Source: Candidatus Micrarchaeota archaeon (lineage in GTDB: Archaea > Micrarchaeota > Micrarchaeia > Anstonellales > JAHKLY01). From it: a stretch of 64,000 bases of DNA. The notes under the pieces are model-generated. The model searched no databases, was not told the DNA's origin, and saw nothing but the letters and a program-made list of their open reading frames with translations. The DNA lies in NCBI GenBank assembly GCA_020854825.1, contig JAHKLY010000002.1, positions 112,291 through 176,290 on the forward strand. The letters are read 5' to 3'. The translations under genes were made by a program, and so were the position numbers. Positions 1 through 6,520 of this stretch are shown one piece after another (positions within the stretch are counted from its first letter, which is position 1; each line of letters begins with the position of its first letter).

Positions 1-127
1 TCTTAAAGGTAAATGTATTCTGTTTAGTTTTATTTTTTCCATAAGTTTTATGTGTTTTTTTATCTTTATAAATGTTTCTATTATCTTTCAAGAATATCAA
101 TTTTCGGATTTTTTAATTATAAAAACA

Positions 128-134
128 TTTAAAA
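128..134 (+). promoter_or_regulatory. TATA box (with A-rich BRE) of SRP RNA gene
   Basis: AAAAACA-TTTAAAA lies about 25 nt upstream of the GGGAGA 5' end of the SRP RNA. Confidence 0.6.
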
Positions 135-156
135 GGGAAACAACCATAAGATTAAT

Positions 157-416
157 GGGAGATAGGTTGGGGGCTAGGGGTCCCTGTCCGCAAATCCCCT
201 TAGGCGGAACCGAAATCCGGTTGCGTTGAATAAAGTTTGTTTAGGCCTAAACTGAAAGCGTTGAAGGTCTGCCTTGATGGATGGTATGACTTATGAAATT
301 GGTCAGGCCGGAAGGAGCAGCCATAAATATTTCATTCCATGCTATTAAGTCTCCAGGCTGGAGCCCAGGTTTGGGGCACCTAGCAGGCTTTATCTCAGCA
401 ATTCCGGGCTTCTCCC
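157..416 (+). ncRNA. ffs: Archaeal signal recognition particle (7S) RNA
   Basis: GC-rich island. Helix 8 motif GGTCAGGCCGGAAGGAGCAGCC at 301-322. Terminal helix GGGAGA/TCTCCC. Long helix 5 pairing (ATAAAG/CTTTAT, TAGG/CCTA, CCTAAAC/GTTTGGG). T-run follows. Confidence 0.93.
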
Positions 417-468
417 ATCCTTTTAAATAAGTTATTGTAGCTAAAACTTAGACTAGGTATAATTTATT

Positions 469-613
469 GTCGAGGTCGCCTAGCCTGGTAGGGCGCTAGC
501 CTGCTAAGCTAGTGTGCTACGCACACGTGGGTTCAAACCTTTTCTCTTTTAAAAAAGAGAAAAACGTTTACGAAAAAGAGAAAACTGGTTGCCTAAAAAT
601 CCCACCCTCGACG
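469..613 (+). tRNA. tRNA-Ser(GCT) with 62-nt intron at position 56/57 (intron 535-596)
   Basis: Acceptor stem GTCGAGG/CCTCGAC, anticodon arm CTAGC-CT-GCT-AA-GCTAG, long variable arm, T-stem GTGGG/CCCAC. Removing 535-596 restores TTCAAAT. Splice motif: helix GGGT/GCCT, bulges TC|A and AA|A, inner helix AACC/GGTT. Confidence 0.92.
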
Positions 614-660
614 TTTTTTTTAAACAAAAGATTTTTATATTCTATTTAAGAGATTAATAC

Positions 661-1572
661 ATGAATAAAGAAGAATTAAAAAAAATAATAAAAAATTCAG
701 GTTTATCAGACAAAGCAAAAGCAGATTTAACTTTATTAATAGACGAAAAAAAAGCTAAAGCAAAAATTGAATTTAAAACATTAACCGAACTAGAAGCAAA
801 AAATGCGGATATTGTAAAATTTTTAGAAAGTTTAAAAAAACAGGGGCTAACATTTAAGTATGAAATTAAAGGAAAAGATGTTGTTTTATATTTATTGTAT
901 CAAGAGTCTGAAATAAAAGAGTTAAACACCTTAAGAGATGAAAAACTTCCGAATATCAAAAGAATAAATTCAAAAACTACTTTTAAACGTGAATACTTAC
1001 AAATTAAAAATAATCTAGCAAATAAACCTGAACTGCCTATATTTAAAGTGTTTGGAGATTCTTTTAAATTTTATACTCATTTTAGAATAAATTTTATGGA
1101 TAGATTAATAGAACATAACCCAAGTTTAGAAGAATTTAAGCACATCATCGACATAGTCTTAAAACAAGCTTTAACTATGACTTCTAAAGAAAAAGTGACT
1201 GAATTATATAAAGGATCTTTATTACAGTTTAACGCAGAAATTGATGAAAATTTCAGAAAAAAACTATTTGAATCTGCAAAAAAAGAACTTTTTTTTAGAT
1301 TAGATTTTAAAAAGAATGAATTTACTACTGAAGATGCAAAGAATACTGCAGATTTATTTGAAATTAATTTTATTAAAAAATTAAAGAGTATTTATGGATC
1401 ACAAGAGGAGTTATTATTTGTTATTTTAAAAGCAGTGGATAAAATTTCTAATACAAAAAATATTAAACAAGCAGATGAATATCTTAAGAATATTTTTCCT
1501 AAAATTTTAGAAGAAGAAAAAAATAATCCTAAAGCACTAACAAAAATAAAGCAAAGAATAGAATCAGTATAA
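661..1572 (+). CDS. hypothetical protein (helical, Lys/Glu-rich)
   Basis: 303-aa ORF with TATA about 25 nt upstream; no recognisable motif. Confidence 0.7.
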   Translation: MNKEELKKIIKNSGLSDKAKADLTLLIDEKKAKAKIEFKTLTELEAKNADIVKFLESLKKQGLTFKYEIKGKDVVLYLLYQESEIKELNTLRDEKLPNIKRINSKTTFKREYLQIKNNLANKPELPIFKVFGDSFKFYTHFRINFMDRLIEHNPSLEEFKHIIDIVLKQALTMTSKEKVTELYKGSLLQFNAEIDENFRKKLFESAKKELFFRLDFKKNEFTTEDAKNTADLFEINFIKKLKSIYGSQEELLFVILKAVDKISNTKNIKQADEYLKNIFPKILEEEKNNPKALTKIKQRIESV

Positions 1573-1600
1573 TTAAAAACCCTATTTGTGTAACAAGATT

Positions 1601-2215
1601 ATGAAAATATATCTTTTAAGGCATTCTGAAACTGAATTAAATGAAAAGGATATAATAAGTGGAGATAAAGATGCAAAATTAACTGAAAGGGGTAAAAAAC
1701 AAGCAAAAAATTTAGGTGAATTTCTAAGAACAAAACATATTTCTAAAATATATACTAGTGACATCAAAGGAAGTAAAGAAACAGCAAAATTAATTGCTGA
1801 AGCCATTAAAAAAAAACCAAAAATAATCAGAATTAAAAAGTTTAATGAAAGGAATTTGGGTTTTTTTCAAGGTAAAAGATGGGATGTTATATCTGTTTTT
1901 TATAAAGAGTATTTATTTAAATCAGAGAATAGATTAATTAAAACAATTTTAGAACCTAAAAATGGAGAGACTTGGGAGGAATTAAAAAATAGAGTTATCT
2001 CTGCAATTAATGATATATTAGAAAAAAATAAGAAACCTATAGTCATAGTAGGACATTTGGATGTAAATAGAATTTTGTTAAGATATATGGGAAATATGAC
2101 TGAAAAAGAGATGTATGAAATTTGGCAAACTTCATCAAGTGTAAATCTTATTGAATATAAAAATGAAAAATTTGAGATTAAAGTAATAAATTATATATTA
2201 AGTAAAAATAGGTGA
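1601..2215 (+). CDS. histidine phosphatase (phosphoglycerate mutase/CobC) family protein
   Basis: LLRHSET (RHG-like), D..LTERGKKQA, YTSD, ER..G..G, GE(T)W, IVGH motifs; ATG at 1601 is the likely start. Confidence 0.88.
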   Translation: MKIYLLRHSETELNEKDIISGDKDAKLTERGKKQAKNLGEFLRTKHISKIYTSDIKGSKETAKLIAEAIKKKPKIIRIKKFNERNLGFFQGKRWDVISVFYKEYLFKSENRLIKTILEPKNGETWEELKNRVISAINDILEKNKKPIVIVGHLDVNRILLRYMGNMTEKEMYEIWQTSSSVNLIEYKNEKFEIKVINYILSKNR

Positions 2216-2219
2216 TTAT

Positions 2220-2663
2220 ATGGATAAAAAAAATGAGCCCTTTAAATTGTATAAAGCAAATAAAACAAATACAGGTTCTGCATTGCAGTTAGATTTGAAT
2301 GTATTAAAAAAATCTGTGTTTTTAGATTGTGCAAAACAAAAAGATGAAAAAATATTTGACTGGGAACATAAATTAACTATAAAACTTTCAGTTTCTGATA
2401 TTTCAAAGATATTAAGTGTCTTAGATAATAAAATAACTAGTGAAAAATTGTTTCATCAGCCATCTAAAGGAGAATATGAAATAGCAAAAGATGTAAAAAA
2501 CAATGTATTAGAAATAACTAAGTCTCAATATGGATATTCATTGAGAATAAGTCAACAAAATACAACTGGAGTAAATGCTATTATGGTCACAATAAGTGAT
2601 AGTGAAAGTATTATAATAAAAATTTTATTACAGAATGCGATATTAAAGATTTATGGATGGTAA
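2220..2663 (+). CDS. Whirly-like single-stranded nucleic-acid-binding protein
   Basis: FKLYK..., FDWEHK..KLSVSDISKIL, LFHQPSKG and terminal IYGW match, in order, plant Whirly motifs (YSIYKGK, YDWSRKQ.FSLS.TE, FFHDP.KG, LLGW); SD AGGTGA upstream. Confidence 0.65.
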   Translation: MDKKNEPFKLYKANKTNTGSALQLDLNVLKKSVFLDCAKQKDEKIFDWEHKLTIKLSVSDISKILSVLDNKITSEKLFHQPSKGEYEIAKDVKNNVLEITKSQYGYSLRISQQNTTGVNAIMVTISDSESIIIKILLQNAILKIYGW

Positions 2664-2664
2664 A

Positions 2665-3408
2665 ATGGCAAGAAAAACTATGAGAAATCCATTTGGAAGA
2701 ATTAAATGGATAATAAAAGAATCAGATGCAATAATCGAAGTAGTTGATGCAAGAGATATTGAAGGAACACGAAATCAAGCAATAGAAAAACTTGCAAGAG
2801 GTAAAAGATTAATTATTGCAATTAATAAATCTGATTTAACAAATGAAAGACCTATCTTAAAAACTAGGTTAGATTATGTTTATGTCAGTTCTAAGAAAAA
2901 ACAAGGTAAAAAAAAGCTTTTAGATTTAATAGTACAAAATACAAAAAAAGATCATTTAAAAGTTGGAATATTAGGTTACCCAGATGTTGGAAAGTCATCT
3001 TTGATTAATTATTTAGTAGGTAGGAAGGCAGTAAAAACAGGTGCAACACCAGGAGTCACAAAAGGAAAGCAGTATATTCGAATTTCAGAAAGAATATTAT
3101 TAATTGATTCACCTGGAGTATATCCAAGAAAAGAAGGTAGAATTTCATTAGTTATGAAATCTGCAGTTGATATTGATAAATTTGAAGATCCTGAAGAAGT
3201 AGCACTAAGAGTAATTAGTTTATTTATTAAAAAGAATCCTAATAGATTGTTTGAATATTTTGATATTAAACCCTCTAATAACCCAAATAAAATTCTTAAT
3301 TCAATTGCAGAGCGAAGAAAACTTATTTTAAAAGCAGGCGAATTAAATATTTATGAAGCAGCAAAAATTTTAATCAGAGATTATCAAAAAGGAAAATTGA
3401 AATTATAA
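2665..3408 (+). CDS. circularly permuted ribosome biogenesis GTPase (RbgA/YlqF/Nog2-like)
   Basis: DARD, G4 NKSD, G1 GYPDVGKSS, G2 PGVTKG.Q and G3 DSPG in permuted order; C-terminal RDYQKGKL. Confidence 0.92.
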   Translation: MARKTMRNPFGRIKWIIKESDAIIEVVDARDIEGTRNQAIEKLARGKRLIIAINKSDLTNERPILKTRLDYVYVSSKKKQGKKKLLDLIVQNTKKDHLKVGILGYPDVGKSSLINYLVGRKAVKTGATPGVTKGKQYIRISERILLIDSPGVYPRKEGRISLVMKSAVDIDKFEDPEEVALRVISLFIKKNPNRLFEYFDIKPSNNPNKILNSIAERRKLILKAGELNIYEAAKILIRDYQKGKLKL

Positions 3409-3489
3409 ATAATTTTGATGTATTTTTAAAAAAGATGTTTACAGATATATTAAGATAGATTTAAAAATATCTCTATTTTGAATACTATT

Positions 3490-3708
3490 ATGGAAGAAGA
3501 AATTGTATCTGATAAACCTATAGCAGTTAAAAAAGGATATATGTACTATATTGATTCAAAAGGGTATGCACATGAAGCAGTTCCTGGGGATATGAATACG
3601 GATAAGAGATTGACTGGGATTCCTCCAGTTAGAAAACAAAAAGGTTATGTATATTATGTAAATCTTAAAGGATACATCTGTAGAAGAAAACCTATGAAAG
3701 GTAGATAG
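3490..3708 (+). CDS. small basic protein with internal duplication (KGY.YY.D/N.KG twice)
   Basis: VKKGYMYYIDSKGY and KQKGYVYYVNLKGY repeats; TATA upstream, T-rich terminator downstream. Confidence 0.75.
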   Translation: MEEEIVSDKPIAVKKGYMYYIDSKGYAHEAVPGDMNTDKRLTGIPPVRKQKGYVYYVNLKGYICRRKPMKGR

Positions 3709-3739
3709 GTTTTAATAGTTTTATTTTTTTATTTTAATT

Positions 3740-4174
3740 ATGAGATTAACTGATTTGATACCGAAAATTGAAAAAAAGGAATCAGTTCAAGATAAATTCT
3801 CAAGACATCTAAATGAAAATGGGAAAGAATATGAACGAGTAGAAGTTATTTTTTCAAAATTTAGGGATGATAATATTAAACTATCTTTTTATGGAATTAA
3901 AAATGGAGAAAAACACGATATTGCAGTTTGGCCTCTTAATTTTGAATCCTGTGCTGCTTTATATACTAAAATACAAGAAGCAAAAAATAAACAAGAAGGG
4001 GGTTTGATAATAGTTTCAAAAAACAGAGGTCTTTTTAGAGATATGATAGGGAATGGAGGAGAAGTAAGAATTACTTTGAATAATGTTAAACATAAATCTG
4101 ATTTTGGAGAATTTAAAGTTGAAGAAATTGTTGAAAATCTTAGAATTAAAGATACTCTAACTATGGGAAGATGA
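3740..4174 (+). CDS. hypothetical protein
   Basis: 144-aa ORF, no motif recognised. Confidence 0.65.
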   Translation: MRLTDLIPKIEKKESVQDKFSRHLNENGKEYERVEVIFSKFRDDNIKLSFYGIKNGEKHDIAVWPLNFESCAALYTKIQEAKNKQEGGLIIVSKNRGLFRDMIGNGGEVRITLNNVKHKSDFGEFKVEEIVENLRIKDTLTMGR

Positions 4175-4179
4175 TTATA

Positions 4180-4893
4180 TTATTTAGGTGCATTTGGAAG
4201 CCCATTAATAGAAAGAATAATTGGAAAAACTGCATCTCCATTTTTAATATATTGCCAGTTTATAGGATTTATAAGTATATATCCAGAAGGATGTACACAT
4301 TTTTCTTTAGTATACCAGTCATTAAAAATTCCTGTATTTTGTAAGTTTTCTTTAGAAGAATATACTTTTTCACGTATTGAATTTTTATAGATAGTATTAT
4401 TTTCAAATTTTAATTCAACATCCTCTAAAATCTCTAAATGAAGATGGGGCCCAGTAATAGTTTTTCCAGTCAAAGGAGTTTGAGGAATTTCATTTGTATC
4501 TCTAATAGATATTCCAGATTCTCCTAATTTTCCTATTTCCTGACCTGCAATTACAATAGTTCCTTCTCTAACATTTATAAAATCTAAATGTGCATAAATA
4601 ATAGAATAATTATGTGTTCCTAATCTGTTTTTAATAATCACAGTTTTTCCAAAACCTTTTAATTCGCCAGAAAAAATTACCTTTCCTGAAAACATTGAAA
4701 CTACTGAAAGACCTTTTTCACCATAAATATCAATGCCTTGATGAATTCTTATCTGTTTGTTTGATAATACTCTAGGTGCGCCTAATAAATAATTTTTATG
4801 CATTTTAGAAAATGACTCTTCCCATTGGGCAATTCTCTTTTCATGTTCTAATTTAGGTCTATATTCTTCCCAAGGGGTCTGCTTTAAAATCAT
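4180..4893 (-). CDS. M23 family metallopeptidase (LytM/lysostaphin-like)
   Basis: HQGID (HxxxD), GKV..G...FGK.VII, YAHL, IG..GESG and GPHLHLEI (HxH) motifs. Confidence 0.9.
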   Translation of the reverse strand: MILKQTPWEEYRPKLEHEKRIAQWEESFSKMHKNYLLGAPRVLSNKQIRIHQGIDIYGEKGLSVVSMFSGKVIFSGELKGFGKTVIIKNRLGTHNYSIIYAHLDFINVREGTIVIAGQEIGKLGESGISIRDTNEIPQTPLTGKTITGPHLHLEILEDVELKFENNTIYKNSIREKVYSSKENLQNTGIFNDWYTKEKCVHPSGYILINPINWQYIKNGDAVFPIILSINGLPNAPK

Positions 4894-4941
4894 AATAATG
4901 TTAAACAAAAGCCTTTTATATTCTTTTTTATTAGTTTAATT

Positions 4942-5496
4942 ATGGAATTCTGTCAAAATATTAATTTAAGCAAAAATATTCTTTCATATAAACGTTCAGT
5001 ATTTGAAATAATATTTTTTTCAATCTTATGTTTTACTATCTCTTTTTTCCTAGTGCATCCCCAATGGGCTGTTGGGACTGTTGTTAACGCAATTTTATTT
5101 AGAGTTGCAATAACTCAAAAAGGGTTAAAATTTTTATTACCAATAGTTATTTTACCTAGTTTGGGTGCCATTTTATCAGGTTTAATATTTGGAACTCCAG
5201 TTTTAAATTTATTTATTTTTGCGCCTTTGATATGGCTAGGAAATTTTTTATATATTTTAATTAATAAATCGTTTATTCTAAAAAATCGCTTAAATCCAGT
5301 TATTAGCTTAGCAAGTGCTTCTATAGTTAAAGGAGGGATTTTATTTATGGGCGCTTTAATTGCAGTGTATGTGTTTAATTTTCCAAATATATTATTAACA
5401 GCAATGGGGCTAATTCAGGTATTAACAGCTGTTTTTGGTGGTTTATTAGCCATTTCATATCAAGAGATTGAAAATATGTTTTTTAAACAAGTTTAA
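4942..5496 (+). CDS. membrane protein, ECF transporter S-component-like
   Basis: About 6 hydrophobic helices; Q..VGTVVNA.L, LPS, IWLGN and Q..TA..GG pattern. Confidence 0.6.
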   Translation: MEFCQNINLSKNILSYKRSVFEIIFFSILCFTISFFLVHPQWAVGTVVNAILFRVAITQKGLKFLLPIVILPSLGAILSGLIFGTPVLNLFIFAPLIWLGNFLYILINKSFILKNRLNPVISLASASIVKGGILFMGALIAVYVFNFPNILLTAMGLIQVLTAVFGGLLAISYQEIENMFFKQV

Positions 5497-5542
5497 AAAA
5501 ATAAAAAGAAGAATAAAAACAATTTAGTTAACAAAACGGCAT

Positions 5543-5578
5543 TTATTTTTTTGGTTTTGCTTTTTTCTTTCCTGCCAT
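5543..5578 (-). CDS. putative 11-aa basic micropeptide MAGKKKAKPKK
   Basis: Perfect SD AGGAGG (5585-5590), TATA-like TTTTTAAA near 5645-5652, T-rich tract downstream. Confidence 0.45.
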   Translation of the reverse strand: MAGKKKAKPKK

Positions 5579-5731
5579 TTTAATCCTCCTTTATACATTT
5601 ATTGTACTTACAACTAATGTTGTGATAAAAATACTTCAAGTGGATTTAAAAACAAATCTTTATTTAAAAAATATAAGGACGAATTTTAGACACTTAAACA
5701 TCAAAAACTACTTTTTATAAAATTTAAATTA

Positions 5732-5748
5732 TTTTAGTAAAACTAAAA
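5732..5748. promoter_or_regulatory. palindromic TTTTAG-N5-CTAAAA site (copy 1 of 4)
   Basis: TTTTAGTAAAACTAAAA, intergenic; recurs at 5844, 9237 and 9855. Confidence 0.5.
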
Positions 5749-5843
5749 TGATTTTAGTTTTAAAGAATAGATTAATTTATATTTATAATCCAAAAAATAT
5801 GTTTATTTTTTTGAATTCAAGTATTTTTCCCTTTCCAATACTT

Positions 5844-5860
5844 TTTTAGTAAAACTAATA
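5844..5860. promoter_or_regulatory. palindromic TTTTAG-N5-CTAAAA site (copy 2)
   Basis: TTTTAGTAAAACTAATA upstream of the 5926 promoter. Confidence 0.45.
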
Positions 5861-5925
5861 CTTTTTTAATAATGATTAAATTTTATTTACAAGCTATTTT
5901 AAAAATTTACTTTTAAAATTAATAT

Positions 5926-6195
5926 ATGCAAGAAACAGTAACTAAATTAATAGGATTATTACTTACATTTAAACAGGAACAAGATCGAAGTAAAAAAGCA
6001 GTTTTAGCCAAACAGGTCTCTAATATTTGTTCACTTAATTTTAGAATTGCCGCTAAAAAAAATCAAAAATTAGCTCAATTAATGCACCCATTAATTGCAT
6101 TAGGATATTTTCAAGTGCATTCTGATAAGTTTGATCCTAATGAAAAAGAATTAGATAGGATAATACAAAAATTAATTCAATTAAATAATACTTGA
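5926..6195 (+). CDS. hypothetical protein
   Basis: 89-aa ORF with upstream TATA. Confidence 0.6.
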   Translation: MQETVTKLIGLLLTFKQEQDRSKKAVLAKQVSNICSLNFRIAAKKNQKLAQLMHPLIALGYFQVHSDKFDPNEKELDRIIQKLIQLNNT

Positions 6196-6232
6196 AGATA
6201 ACTTTAATAACTTACTCCTTTTTTATATAGTT

Positions 6233-6520
6233 ATGATATTTATACTTGGAATAATTGGTTTAAGTTTATTATTATTAGGTTGGATTTATGAAACATTACA
6301 AACTATAAAAGATAGGCACTGTGATGTTAAACTTACCTTTGCAGGGCTTTATTTTATAGGTAGTTTATTACTTTCAATTTACGCATTTGTTTTAGATGAT
6401 GTAATTTTTATGGCGTTGAATGGTACAGCTGCTATAATTGCATTAATTAATATCTATTTTATATTATTTGGGGAAAAATATTCTGCAGAATATAAAAAAT
6501 TACTAAAAAAAAGAAATTAA
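6233..6520 (+). CDS. small 3-TM membrane protein (SemiSWEET/PQ-loop-like)
   Basis: Three hydrophobic helices; G..W..ET..TIK, F..LY.IGS.LL..YA and D.IF..LN pattern. Confidence 0.6.
   Translation: MIFILGIIGLSLLLLGWIYETLQTIKDRHCDVKLTFAGLYFIGSLLLSIYAFVLDDVIFMALNGTAAIIALINIYFILFGEKYSAEYKKLLKKRN

Noticed and set aside
614-660. Integrated element or att duplication at the tRNA 3' ends
   Set aside because: No integrase or transposase and no repeated tRNA 3' fragment seen in the window
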